Assembly: GCA_035084275.1 (NCBI GenBank)
Contig: CM068761.1
Coordinates: forward strand, 3,534,001-3,598,000
Direction: 5' to 3'
Origin: Hydrolagus colliei
Taxonomy: Eukaryota
DNA: 64,000 nucleotides
Shown here: one piece after another, positions 23,201-38,200 of the stretch
Numbering within the stretch: position 1 is the stretch's first letter
How the letters are laid out: every line of letters starts with the position of its first letter
The notes under the pieces: model-generated
Database searches by the model: none
Told to the model about the DNA's origin: nothing
The model's input: the letters and a program-made list of their open reading frames with translations, nothing else
Position numbers and translations under genes: made by a program

Positions 23201-26200
23201 ATATCCCGGCTGTTTATTTCGGCCAACTGGTTAGCGGCGGCGTGGATATCTGAAACAAGAAGGTTACTCGATAACCATGTCGAGTATAATATAGTGCCAG
23301 GGAAAACTCCCTTCTCAATAATAACAAATTGCATTTAGACAGACAGCACCCTTTCACGTTTCACACGGATGTCCCAATGTGCTGGACATTCAAGAGTTTG
23401 CATCTGAGCTGCAGTCTGGAGACAAGAGAGGTGACGTGGTGCAGGCCAGTACCAGCCGAGTGGAGGAAGCGAACAGTTTGGTTGGGATTTATAGGTCTCA
23501 GAGGTAGGGCAGATCAAGATACTGGTAAGTTGCGAGCTCACCTCCAAAAGAACAATGGGGCAGTTGGTTTTGCGGAGCTGGTGTGTGCGCATGCACATAC
23601 CTGGGTAGTTCCTAGCTGTCGGCTGTTTGAACCTCTCCTCGATGCTACTGTGCTCATACAGAGAGCGGATGAGTTTAGCCGGCAGGTTGGTTAGTTTCAG
23701 GTGGTCTGGGCAGTTCAGGTCGTGAATCCTCAGCACATTCTCGGTGGCCGATCTCCCGTACTCTGCTCGCAACTTGCTCAACGAATTCTCAGCTTTCTGG
23801 TGAGCTTCATCCTGCAAACAAACGAGAAGCAATGGTTTCTAAAGCTGCTAAAACTCTGCGTTACTGAAACGCCATTTGCACAAAGTTAGCGAAACAGCAA
23901 ATTACCACGTACACACACACACACACAAACATCTCAGTTAACCTGTTACTGAGGTGAAACAAAACATGAAGAGCTGTTCACTGTGTCCCACATATGAGAT
24001 AGTTCCCCTATTCCCTTTTACGAGCAATTGTGGACTCTCCTAGACAGACTGTACCTTTGGCGAGGTACTATTCAGCCACTTCTCAGACAGCTGTAGGCAG
24101 AATTTCAGGGTCTGGATCTTGTCTGGTCCTGCAAAGGACAAACAGTTACCAACAAATTCAACTTTAAAGGCCCAACATCAAATCCAAAGACTATCATTAT
24201 AACAAACAAATTAAAATGCAACTTCTTCATCGAGGTATACAATACACTGTCTGAATTTATTATCCAGAGAGGCTATGTGTGGGGGGTGGAGAAGGCAGAT
24301 TGTTTCACTAAACTGTGTCACTAAAGGGAGGGTGACCGAAGGCACAGTTGATTCACCTATTGGAAGTTCTTGTGCAATTCGATGAGAGATGGCGATTGCC
24401 CACTCCGGGTTTGTGATCGACAAAATGTAGGACTGGATGGTGTGGACGGTTTCAGCGGTTTCCTTGTTGATTAGAGACAGGCTTCCCTCCTTGGCTTGCT
24501 TCAGGGCTCTGGGCTTCAGCGTCTTGGCAAAGACGTGCTTGACGGCAGACATGTAAAGCTTGTCCAGGGAGACCTGGAGGAGAACCACCCATACTGAGAG
24601 GCAGAGACGACGACAACAACAACTTGCACTTATATAGCGCCCTCCACACCCAGTAGTGTCTCAGAGGACTTAAACACGTGTGTGAGGCACTCCACGCTCA
24701 CTTAGATAGACACACTCAGAGAGACAGACTATCATGGGTCTGAAACTCACCTTCATCAGTTTGGATATCAGGAGCAGAGTGGGAAATGTCTCCTCCGTTA
24801 GTTCTGCAGCTGTAAAGAGATCAGAAACACTTTTGACGACAACGGCACTTCACACTCGATCACACTGGCTCAGTGAGCAGTCGAGCAGCCTATCACCTCT
24901 GTGATGTTAAATCGAAGACCCGTTTGCCCGCTCAGGTGAACATTGAATGATGCCCACCCCCCCACCCTGCTCCCCCACATGGCACTGTTCACAATGAGAA
25001 GCTGGGAATCTGACACTTGGCAAATAAACTTACAGATGATCGTCCAGAAGCTCTGAGGGTTTCCAAAGAAGAGCAGGTGAAAGGGCAGTCGGGTCTTGGT
25101 CGCAGGTGCGAGGGTGATTGAATGCTTCATCAAGTACTCATGTTCCAGGTCTGACACAGGAGAAACACGGCTGTACGAGTATAGGTGTTGTAACAGACTT
25201 AAAGCCTAAGATTTTTAAAAAAATAAAAAATAAAAGAGCAGATTTGTTATCACAATCCGCAGCTGATAAATAGGTGTCTGGGGAAATTTCCTCTCCAAAT
25301 TTGTTAATAAAAAATTGAAACTTTCCTACCTGATCCAGATTGATGCTGATGATCTTCTCATCTGCCAAATTTATAATCTTTAAGACACCTTCAATGACTT
25401 CATAGTCGTAAGGATCCAACTTAGGTAAAATGTAGAAAAATAAATTAAGGTTAAATGTATGTTTCCGGGATGAGATGCAACAATGATAATCCTTGCATTT
25501 GATCTGGCGCCAGTTGTGCACAGCTATGTTTGGCAAACAGTCATGGATTGAGCGACTAAATATATATATTTTTTATTATGGGATTATTACCCCAGAAAAG
25601 TACAGCTCCCAATTGACAACAACTGGATTCCTATTTACTGCTAGGTAAACAGAGGCGCATGAAGTAAGGAAACTTGTCCAAGGATTCGCCCTGACCCATC
25701 CGGATACTCTCACTTGCAAGGTGAGCACGCTAGCCACTACACTACGGGACTCCATAGTAAATGCTGTGAAGAATGTCCACGTGTAAGACACCACAAAAAT
25801 ATATGCACTTAACAAGCAGGGGCCCTGATTCTCAGCCAATGTGAGAGTGGTACCTTATACAGAGAGGTGCTCAGACTGACCACCAGGTCCGAGGTGATCT
25901 TTAACAAAGGAATAATCTCGGTGGCTTTGGCCAACAGCTCTGTGTGGGACAGCTTCATGCCTCCCGGCTCCCCTTCACCACTGTGGGTGCTGCCCCTGCG
26001 CAGAAGCAGTGTCTCGACGTACTGCTGCAGAGCTACATCACTGTTCAGTTCAAATGTCCTGAAAACACCAGACCACAGTAATAATAATCCTTGCATTTGA
26101 TGTAGCGTTTTATCACCATGTTGAGACGTCTCAAAATGCTTCGCCGAATATATTTATGAAATTCGGAGAAAGCTTTGCTCACCGGCAGTACTGCAGGATC

Positions 26201-29200
26201 AGCTCGGAGTCTACGTTCAGATTCTGCACCAGAACGGGGATAAGTTCCTTCTTCTTGGCGGCACAGTCCTTGAACGCTGACTGGAACGAGATCTGGAGAA
26301 AGGCCAGAAAACAAATGACAGGAAGGTGAAGCTGCATCGGAGAGGCAAAAAGTGGCTCAGAAAGAGGAAAATGTTGAGAGAAAAAAGGTTAAAAAGCAGC
26401 TGTTTTCATACAGGAATTAATTTGACATTTTGTGCGCGTGCGTGTGTGGGGGGGGATAAAGGGGGAAGAATGCATGGGTCAACATGATCAGCTTTAGCCT
26501 GACACTGAGAGGAGTGTGGGACTTAGATCATAGAATCGTACAGCACAGGAGGCCATATAGCCTAGCATGCCTTGTGCCGGCTCTTTGAAACAGCTATTAC
26601 GTCTTCCTGTTCCACCGCTCCTTCCCTGTAGCCATGCAAGTTGTTCCTTTTCAAGTACTGTATATGTAAAATTCGCTTCTGCAAATTATTATTTGAAAGA
26701 CTTACCCCAAGTTTGCTGAGCCTAAGACCCCACTCCGAGTCAGCAATCAGAGAGGTGAATCCTTCCTTCTGCTGCGTTTCCTGGTACCAATCCGCCAGCT
26801 GAGCACCCACCAGGGCCACGGCCTGAATGAAACAGCCAGTCGCCAGGTCAGTGTTCGCAAACCATCTTCCTCTGAAGATCAGTCAACACACCGAACTGTG
26901 ACACAACACACACATGCGCGCAGTGATCAACTCAAGAGTGATAGTACATTCCCACCCTGAGCCTGACGTACCAAGACTTTGCTGTAATTTTGCCACGTAT
27001 CATTGATGACATTCCACAGCTTCTTAAACACCTGCTGTTTGGGTAGCAGCGTGCAATATGCCAGTGCCAAATCAGTGTCCACCACACGGCAGTTAAACAC
27101 CTGAAAAGAGAGCAGGTTAAGAGCAATGTAACAAAAAAAACACAATCAGACACGCACAAACGGAGGAAAGCTCCTAGAGGGAATGCGGCACGAATTTGGG
27201 AGTTGGATGGATGGCTTGTGGGAGGAATAAATACCGACAGAAAGGAGAGAAAGAGAGATGGAGAGAGGGCGAGAGAGATCCAGACTTGTTAGACTTATAT
27301 AGATTGACATCAGTAGCCCATGATTCGTTTCATATTAAGTACAGAGTAAGGTTACCTTGTGTAACAATGCTACAGACACAGCTGTAATGAGGGACAAGGC
27401 TGCCTGCCCCATGTCCACAACAAGATCCTTGGTCTTGGTTACGGCTTCGTCCAGGAAAAGCTACAGAATGTAAAAGGCAGGGAGTCAGTGAGTGCTGTCA
27501 TGCACAGTGACCATCTCTTGCTAAAGTCTCATCAGTGCTTAAGTACATTACAGCACCAGAGCAGACCAAGCAGATTTGCAGACAAACTTCTGGAAGCATT
27601 TTTTTTTACCCAGGCGGAAAATAATAAGAACAACTTGCAGCTATAACAGCTCGCCTCATGCAGGACAGTGTCACAGAGCACTTGACAGCAATGGAGCACA
27701 ATGCTGAGCCTTGAATAACAATAAATAATAACTGGAAAGGGGTCACTATGAAAAGGGTGATCGAGGCCACGGCACTGATCCCCTCTGGATCCCTCTTATC
27801 ACTCCACTTCCCTCTTAATAAATCAGGTTGCCCACGTAGTCTGTATCAGAAGAATTGCGGTCAGTAACTGCAGCGGCGAAAGAAAGTCTGGCTCTCACCT
27901 TCTTGTTCAACTCTGAACTCATGTTGTTGGATGTGAAGTGCTGAAAGCAGGTCCCGAAAGAGTTGATGGTCACCTGCAAGGCTAGCTGAAGCTGACTGCA
28001 CTCCTGTAAACTCTGTAGCAAGTTTGCGACCGAGGTGTTCACTGTCAACAGAGGATTCCCGTCTGCAACACAGACCCCAAAAGTTACCACCAGACGCCCC
28101 CTGCCAGGCACTGCACAAGTGCTTCCTTTCAGTGCCGTGGGACGTCCTCCTTTCATTTGATGCAATCAAATGCAATCCTTGCATTTGATGTAGCGTTTTT
28201 CAAATCTTATCGATGTCTCAAAGCGTTTCACAGAATTTACTGGAAAGTGAATTGACTGTATATTTGTGGGCGAAACACGGCAGCCAATTACGCGCAGCAG
28301 TATCCCCACAAACAGTCGCGGAATGAAAATGACCAATTAATTTTTTTGTTTGGGAGGGGGGATTATTAATTTGTAATGTTTTACAAATGTTAATTTGTTG
28401 TTTATAAACGGAAATGGTGCGCATGCATCTAGGTCACAAAGACTGAGAACATTTTAACCACATTCAAAAAACAATAGTAATACTAATAACCCTTGCATTT
28501 GATAACGAGCCTCATCATGTCATTAAGACATCTCAAAGCTCTTCACTGAATCTGCTGTAAAGTGAATTGATTTGTGCATTTGTGGGCAGCCAGTTATGCA
28601 CAGCGGTGTCCCGCAAACAGTTGTGGATTGAGCGACAATAATTTTTTTGAAGTGATTATTACCTTGTGGTGATCCACCAATTGGCTAGCAACTGGGTTCC
28701 TTTGGAGCCTAGGTAAAGAAGGGCGTGTGGAGAAGAAAACTTGCCAAAGGTTTCTGCCCGGGAATCGAACCCAGATCCTCTCACTTGTGGGTTGAGTGCT
28801 CTAAACGCTATGCTACAGGACTTCATGCTCGAAAAAGGAAAGGGAGTGAGTGCAGAAGAAAGTGTGGTTAGGTCAAGTGGTTGTGTGGAGAAAAACCACC
28901 AGCACAGCCTTGATGAACTGAACAGCGCAGACCGTTTCTGTGCTGTGACAATGTGAAACCTCGTCTCAATCGGTTGCTCATTAGCACAAATACCTGTATT
29001 ATCAGGACTCATCGCCACACTTACGCAATCCAACGGGTACAATTTTTTGCCTGCATGAAATATAAACAACATTAAAACAAGATTGTATTGCTGAGTTTCT
29101 ACATTAAGAAGACTTCTGAAATACCCATCTCACTTTACATAACCACACCAGTTCCAGTGAAGTGTGCACCCTTTCAAACTCCATCCCACAGCCCTTTGCC

Positions 29201-32200
29201 TCTATCCCCACCTTGCCTCTTTCAAGGCCCGTCTCAAGTCCCTCCTCCTCTTCTTCAACTGTGCCTTTCGTCACCATCATACCCCTACACTTTCTGATTG
29301 ATAGGCACAGTGTAAATGTAATGTTGTTGTGTAACTAGCTCCTCTCACTCAGTGAGTAGAGTGCAGAACAGAGCCAGATAGCCACACTAATTGAGATCTT
29401 TTGCAGATATGAAAACAGTAGGGATATCAGTTTTGTGTGTGGGTGTGCATGTCCCTCTCTGTGCCTCTGTACTCACGTATTCACCTGGACCAGACGACTG
29501 ATCCTCTACCTTGGACTGCTTCAGCTCCAGTAAAATCATCAACATCGCTTGTCACATCTCATGCAACTAAAGGCTTTCGCTGACATCGCAGGAGCTTCAC
29601 TTGCACAAGTTGGGGGCTAGAGTGGGTGGAGAAGCGCTGCTCTACTGACCTAACCCCAGCCGGAGCTAATAACCATCAAACCAACACAAGGACATGAAAC
29701 CCCTGCTCTGCCAGAAGTACCTGGCGATAGGGGCCTGAAGGCGGTTGTGATTTTGTACATGACGGGCAGCACCGACAACTGGTTCAGGACTATACCATCC
29801 TCGAGGAAGAAGTCCTCAAACATCCACTCATCGTATGGGTCACGATCAGTTCCCACGTTCGACATCTGAGCACCGACAGAATATATGGGTGTGGGGGGAA
29901 AGAGGAGGAGGGGTGAGAGGAAAAGAGAAAGAATTAGCATTAAAGAGAAAGGAAGGAATGCTTACTCCTCAAGCATTTGTTTGTGAAAGTTACCCGCTCC
30001 GCCGGTAACTTCCATAAACAGTTGCAAAAATCAGAGAATCCCAATTTACCTGGAGGATTGTTGGCCAAGACCAACGTGATGACAACACAACAATTCCATC
30101 CACCCCCCCACCCACCCAACCCATCTCCAAATCGCTGCCAAATCTCAGGATCAGGCAAGCATGAAACTTCGTAATTACTTCCAAAGCACATCCAGACTTT
30201 ACCTTGGTTATTAATCCATAATCCTCGATCATGCACTGTTTGTACACATCCATGGCCACACGGGTGCATTTACAAAACTCTTGGCTGTCGAACAAGGAGT
30301 CTGTGAACACGGACATGGGAAGTTACATTCCAGCACTGATGTCACTCACAATATTTATACCTGCATCTAAAACTCCCAATCTTGACGCTGGGACAAGGGA
30401 CACACACACCAAAATGCTATCCAACCAGTTTACCCTCAACAATTCTCAAGATGTTTGCCCGCAAAATAGTTAACCAAAGGCACAGTTCATGAGAGGCATT
30501 AAGGATTCTTGAACTGTGGGAATTATTATTACCGCTGCTGCAGATGGTGATGGCTTGGCAGGTCAGTTCATAAATAAAGGCCGGCAAATTCATCCCGGGC
30601 GGGATTATCATGGGAGTGTTGGCCTCCAACATCTGGCACAGCTTCTGTGCCACTTGACACAACACCTGGGCAGTCTGATCATTCTTAAACTGTTCATAAA
30701 GCTCACTGCCAACAGAAAAAAAATTATAATATTTAGGTCATTCAATCCGGGACGCTGCTGTGCATAATTGGCTGTCGCATTTCGCCAATAAAACACAGTC
30801 AATCCACTTTAAAATTCATTCCACAAGGTGCTTTGAGGTACCTCAATGAGGTGACAATGCGCTATATCAAATGCAAGGATTATTTTGATATTATTAAATG
30901 ATTTCTTACCTGCAAATATTCAGTGCCTTCTCCACTTTCCCGTCAGCAAGAGATCTCAGGGCAAGATGTCCTCCCGCTTGCTGCTCGGAGTTCTGCAGCA
31001 GTTGGGAGAGTCTGTACAGCCTTCTCTCAGTAGGAACACCGGCTTTGCTCTCTGAGCAGCCGTTCACAAGCGACTCCTTCCCTGGGTTTGACCTGGTCCA
31101 AGTGCCCGCTAACGCTTGCACCTGCTCTTCATACAACAGCAGGAGTGCTTCCGGACTCTCGTAGTCTTGCAGAGAAATAAAGATATCAAAGTATTCCTGT
31201 GGTACAAGGGATAATCATCAATAAATAGCGTGCCCACTCCACGACTCAGAGGATCAAACAGACAAGGCTCAATTATTGAAACGTTTTTGAACCATAGCTT
31301 GAGGAAGCTCCCATTGAAAGTAAAAAAAACAAGATTTCAAAGCCATCGGAAAGAAACAATGCTGTCATATAAACAATACCCCGAGGCAGCAAACCAAGAG
31401 GGTGCAGGTTCACTCGGGGTTAGGGAAAGACAAAAAAAAAAGCTATATCGGAAAATCCTGGCAAGACAAGGTGGCCGAGGTCAGGACAATGGGATGACTT
31501 GAAGCTACATTGCAAAGCCAGCCATAACAGAGTTCTACAAGGGAAACAAGTTACATTTATATAGGGCCTTTTTGCACAGAAGCACTCAGACTGAATCCCA
31601 TGTCCTGTTTACTCAACACACTCACTCACGCATGCACGCAACTATGCACATGCGTGTATATACAACAACTTTGATTTATATAGCACCCTCCATGCCAGAC
31701 AGTGTCTCAGGGCACTTCAATATGTACACATATACCAAGCAAACACAGTTTAACAGCCATCATTCACTATACCTGTAAATCTGTAATGGTTCCAAACATT
31801 TTTAAATGGCTTTGGTACTCGTCCTTTTTCAAAGTATCATCTGCCAAAAGAAAAGCAGCTTTGTTGACAATAATAATTATCCTGGCAGTTGATATAGCAT
31901 CTTATCATGTTTTCAAACCATCTCACAATTACTTGTTGTAATTGGATTTGAGGTACAGATTAGCCAGGAGCTAATAGAATGGCCGAACAGGCTCAAGGGG
32001 CTGAATGGCTTCCTTCTGTTCTTATGTCACAGGTTGCACTGAGCCCCTGTTAATCCAGCGTGCTGGAGAGTGCACACACACAACTCACCATTTTGATGGG
32101 TCTGCAGGAATTTAAGAATCTCCACCAAAGCCTTTGCGATTGACACTAGATGCTTGTTCCCCTGAAACAAAGAACAGCAACTCACAATCTGGCGTATATT

Positions 32201-35200
32201 TGTCTCCACCCATAATATCTGTCAAGTTTCGCTCCGTCGGTCATGCTCCCCTCTATCTGGGTCTGAAGATTTATATCGAACCCATCTCAGAATCAGTTGT
32301 TGCAGCCCCACCTCACTGCACTCAGCCAATTATTGTGACCAAATTAATCATAATGAGACAGTATGGAGGAGAAGAGGCTGACCTCACCTCAGGGTTATCG
32401 GGCTGGTCCTGAAACTTCAATCGGGCCCAAGTGATCAGCCTCATTGCCGTGACCTCCGCTTCGCTGAAGGAGAGAGACTTCAGCATGTTAAGGCAATCAT
32501 CTCTCTGTTGAAAAGGGAGAGAAAAAAAAAGACAGCATATGTAATCCTGTTTCGCTCGAACACCCAGTACAACACGACAATTTCTTATGAAATATTTCAT
32601 CGGCTTTTTCCCCAGCCCAAAGATGTTGAGTGAGCAGAATCTCTTGCTGTGTGACGAAATTAAAAGTAACCGGCAAAGACAGCGGCCATGCTATTCAAAA
32701 GCAAATCCCCTCTTAAAATCCTCCGTCCTCACAAGCTCTGTACTGAGATGGGATGAACCTACCCTCCCGTTGGAGACGAGGTGCGTCATTCGGAGAAAGT
32801 ATACATCCACTGGGGGCAGCATATAGGCATGGACCACCTTCAGAGCGTCGTCCAGTGAGGACCCCAGGTCCTGTTTCAAGATGAAGTTGACCAGCCTCTG
32901 TCCGAGAAAAGAGATTGGCAGCGTTAAACAACAAAATAACAAGCCACGAAAGGCTGGGAGGCCAAACTCTCCTCTGCGTGAGGGTGGGAGTGCCAGGCAA
33001 GGGCAGAATGGGACTTGGCTGTATAATATAATAATACCAATTACATCACACAAATAAGGCAAAATAATTGTCCAAGTTGCCACTGTAATATAATCGCAAT
33101 GTTTTTGCAGTCACTCGCATAAAGAGAGAACAGCGTTCACTCCAACCTCACCATGATCTCATAGTCATTGGACACGTTGAAGCTGCGTATCCCATATCCT
33201 TGTAACAATTTCTTCATCTCCATGAGTCTGTAGCTTTCCTGCAGCTGCTTCACCCTGACATCAAAGCAAAGAGTTAGTTACTGCGCTTCTACGTCATTTA
33301 CGTCAACCCCTCAAGCTTCAAATCAGATATATATCTAACCAAATAGCAAATAAATTTCCTTGCAAGGGCCCATGCTGTTTAGAGGGAGGCTTACAAGCTG
33401 CCTGGCCTGGAACAGATTAGATCTGCCCAACAGATCACCTCCCAACAACCCCACCACCATTAAATTCAGCAGAATCAATAACATTGGTATAGTCCCTTTC
33501 ACATTGTGAGGATGGCCTAAAGCGTTGAAGTCACAAGCAGCCTCTCTCGAAGCTTCAACCGAGTCTCGAGGCGGCCAGTGTACAAGGCTGCCCGGCTTTT
33601 GTGTCCGTTCCCACCCCTGAGGAACCTACTTGGGGTGGTTCTTTTCCAGATGCTGCTTGACCAGTTCCTCCACCGCATCGCTCCAGGGCACCACTGCGCC
33701 GTACATCATCTGCAGCACCGCATCGAAGATCAGCTGTGGGGGTCAGCAGGGGAGAAAAGTCATTGAATGAATGAAGGAACGACCAAGCGAGCACATCAAA
33801 AACGTACCCAGCAATGTTGAGGTCGAGTCCATAGGGAATTTAAAAGAGAAGTAGGCATACAGGTAAATAATAATACTTGCACTTGATATTGCCACCTTAT
33901 CATGTTTCAAAAGTTCCTACAATGACAGCCTTGTCTGTGCACTGGGTTTACTCACTTCAATGTCAGTCATACAGTCCAGCACAGCCATGGCTTTTGCCTC
34001 CCACGCGGTTTCAAAAAGAGAAGCCGAACGTGAGCTACAACGCTCCAGCAAATCCTATAAAACAAAGAGTCGGTAGATCACATAACCTCGCTGTACCAAC
34101 TGCCGGAGCCTATAAAAGGCAGGAAGCCATGCTGATCCAACTTCACCTACCTTGATGTACTGCAACAGTAGCTCCTCTCTCTGCAGACTGTGCTGGTTCA
34201 TGTACGGCTGGATCACCTTCTCAAGTGTGGACGGAATAAGTTCTGGCGCCAGAACTCTATCTAACATGCGAAATACAATGGTTGCTGTAGTTTCCTAGAG
34301 GATGAATAAATTACCGTAAGCAATATCTTCAGACCGGGGCGAACGCAAGTCTTACAAATAAAACAAATTGAACTCTCAAACCCATATCGGTTCCTTTCCA
34401 TACATAAGGTTATGCAAATTCCACCCCCCCCCCCCCCCACCCACTCATCTATCCTCGAGGCAAGATAGAACTGACCTTTTCGAACTCGGAGAGCGCCAAT
34501 CTACAGTTATATTTTCCGTGGAGGTTAACCAGCTCCCGCAGGTTAATCACCAGATTCTTTAACTGGTGCACCTCCTCGCAATCCGTGTCCTCCTTCTAAA
34601 CCCAGACAGAAGTGAGGGCAGAAGAGCTCATTAGTCGTCAACCGAGATCGTATACAACGTGAAAATACCAAACCAGTGTTACATTAGATTGCTTGCATAA
34701 ATTAGGTCCATGCCACTGCGGGATTTCCGCACATGTATACACATACATGCCTGCACATGTACACACATACATGCCTGCGCGCACACACGCGCAAACAAAA
34801 TCAGACATACACACACAAACACACAATCAGAAACACAATCTCACACATTCAATCACACACACTACAAAAGGTTGCAATTTGAGCAATGAATAGCTCCCGT
34901 ACCGCAGGGATCCATAGCCAGGAGGTGGCAAGTCCAAGATCATTTGGGTTCCGAGCTACAAAGTACAGCTCTGCCATTTGCAATCCATTCTCTGGCCATT
35001 GTGCCTGTCAGGTGAAAATCAAACAGGTGGTCATTTGACTATCTACTCACTTTGATATTTACAAACAGAACCTCGGGGTGTAAATTTGGATTCTGAGGGA
35101 AACCGCGAACCGGGATTATTATAAATCATCTACAAGCAATGAGAATTATTACCTTTTCGGTCAGCTCCAGGCTGCGGGCTCTGTGTTCCAGCCACCTTGC

Positions 35201-38200
35201 TATAACTTTCTGTTAGGTAGTAAGCAAACACAAAAGTAAGGGGATGCGAGCCGAGTACAGAAATTTGCCGGGGCTCAAAATCAGTCTCCTTTTCCCTCCC
35301 CCCCACAAAAGAAAAAGTTTTCAAATTTCCACCAACAACAGGAACAACAGAGTTAGCAATTATTTGCTGTTACATGCTTACAGACAAGTATGGAACTAAA
35401 TGGGAAATACAAACTACAACAACAACGGGCAATTATATAGCGTCCCTTGTGCAAGGTAGCATCCCATGCAGGGCACAATGCTGGGCCGGAGGGAGGTGAC
35501 GTAAACCGGCTGCAGAAACGGCTTAATCGTCTTTTAAAAACAATTGAAAACGCATCGCTAATCGTCAATGAAGTTACCGTTTAATTCAACCTGGATTGAA
35601 AGAATTGCTTACCTCATCTTATCTACGGATGCTGAAAATACTAAACTATCACGGTAGTGTAACTGGTTACCTTTCCTCTGGGTACAATTCTTAGCACAAA
35701 AGGGATGATGACATTTTTGAACCAGAGACAGAGGTCACGTGATGGGGTGCTTGAGGGGATGCAGTTCAGGAAATTTTCCAACCGCTTCACGTCAAATTTG
35801 CTCTCAAATTCCACCTGAAATTGAGAGAAAACAATGGAGAATCTGGAGGTAAACACTGGCTGGTCTTTATGCCACAGCTAGAGCAATTAGAAAGATAACT
35901 CAAGGGAAAATCCCAACTGTACTGAACTGCACAAAGGAACCCTTATTGCAACTTATCAAATCGTCTCAAAGTACTTCTTCTCTGGTAACTGCCATGGCAA
36001 GTGTAGTGGCTGTACGTCACAAACACGAGGTGAGAGATGAATGAGACTGCAGGTTTGTAGGGCAGGAGAAACATGACAAATAAAAATGCAAATAGTGTAA
36101 ACACGGAACTTGAGGCCCATTGTTGAGCAGGGGTGGTTGAGAAAAATATTACCTGGTGCCTTAGCCAAACATACTGAGCACATGTCAAGTGCCCCTCCTG
36201 GAGCTGCACGAGGAAGTCATTAAAAAGGTCCTCGTTGTTCAGAAACTCAATCCAAGTGTTGCCACTGAGAAAGAGAGAAACAAACCAAAATTCTAATTCC
36301 TAATACAACAACAAATTACATTTGTTCAGCTCTTTCGCATCGGGAGGATGTCCCAAGTCCCTGAAATTGTTTTTATAATGGAATACAAAAGGTTATGGAA
36401 GGGGAGGTGGCAGTTGGGATGAAATGTTCTTCCAGAGAGCTAGCACAGGCACAATGAACTGAATGGCACCCTTCTATACATAATCATTGAAACGTTATCT
36501 AAACTTTGGGGTGAACGCAGTAGCAGCGGAAACTATGGAAATGCCAATTGCTTTCTCAGTTCTAAAATATATTTGAGGTAGTTTCTAATTCCTACTCTCA
36601 GTAAACAAACAGGTACAAGTAAAGAATGCAGCAACAACAACAAAATTACATTTGTAAAGCACCTTTCACTTTAGGAGGACATCCCAAGGCACTGAATACC
36701 AACCTAAAACATGCAGATCCGAACATTCCATGAAAAGTAACTAGTCTCGCTTGTGTTCTCAGCACCTGAAATGTGGTGGTTTGTTTGGTGAAATGGAAAG
36801 AAAGAAGCAATTGTGAGCAATATGTGATCAATAAGGCAACATTGATAGATGAAGAGGGAGCGTTTAACTCTGGGTGCTCAAGGCTGAATTACCCTTTAAC
36901 AGGGAACTCGATACCTTTCTAAAAAGAGACATTCGCAGGATGGCGGGGAAAGACAGGTAAATGAGAAGGAATGGATTGCTCTTTAAAGAGCTAGCAACAG
37001 GCACAACGGGGCCGGGTTCCGTTCGATCAATAAAATTAATCAATCGTTTTAAAATGTCTTAACTTTATCAATACCTCGGCTAGCCACACAGCTTGCTCCT
37101 CAGAGATGCCAGTTGGATTCTTATCTGCTTTCTTCAGAATCTGGCAAAAGTAACACATCAGTTAAAGACAAGCATCCTTCCTACAATAGTAATATTCCTT
37201 GCATTTGATATAGTACTTCATCTTGAGACGTCTCAAATCACTTCACAGAACAAATTGTAGTGATTGACCATGTGACGAAAGGCAGCAGCCAAGTGCGCAC
37301 AGCAATGTCCCACAAAATGTCAAGGATTGAGTGGTTTTTTTAATATATAAAGAGGGATTATTATCCCGGTAACTGATCCGCAAGTGCCTAACAACCGGGT
37401 TCCTACTTACTGCTAGGTAAAGAGAGGTGTGTCCGGGAATCGAACCCACACTGACCACTAGCCTGCGGGATTATGAAGAAACACCCAGCGAGATACAAGG
37501 GAAACGAGACGCACCCGGTTTTTGGCGTAATTCAGCATTTCCAAAGTGATCTCGAACGTTGGCCAAGCGACATCCATACAATATTTCACCACAAACTGAT
37601 CATCCTGGAAAAGAAAGGCACAGGGTGCTGGAATCCTGGATGTTTACAGCACAGAAAGCGACTGTGCTAGTACCAGCTCCCCCCGCCGGAAGCATCTGCT
37701 GTAATCTTTAATATTTTCCCCTCAAGATGTGAGCGGCACGGTGGCTCGGTCATCATACCTGTAGCTTATGCAGATTTTCTTTGGCCTCGTCGACCATCCC
37801 CTGCCAGGATGAGAGGTTGCAACTGGTCACGGAAGCCGAGGCCAGGTTTTCCAGGACTATATTGAGCTCAACTTTGTAGACCAGCTGCAAGAGAGAGGTT
37901 CAAGGAGACAATAAAGGAGGCAAATTCAGCTGGGTTTCTGCGGAAAAATAACTTGAAATAAAATAAGAAAATTTTGGACACAGGTTTAGTTGCTTATAGC
38001 TAGGTTGCCGCTCTTGGTCTATCTCTCTGCCTTGCCCCCTTCCTGTTCAACCGTGCTGTTGAACACCCACCCCCACTAGGCCCCGTACTCTGCCACTGTC
38101 AAACACTCTGGTTCACTACCGTACTGTGTGAGGGTTGCTATATAAATGCTTGTTTTTGTTGTCGTCACAGTTGGAGTTCACACACCGCATATGCATGGCA

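Noticed and set aside
29476-29600. Possible extra KNTC1 exon or C/D snoRNA on the minus strand (TGATGA...CTGA, strong donor at 29477)
   Set aside because: The C and D boxes are only about 10 nt apart, there is no convincing in-frame acceptor, and the flanking exons already join in phase.
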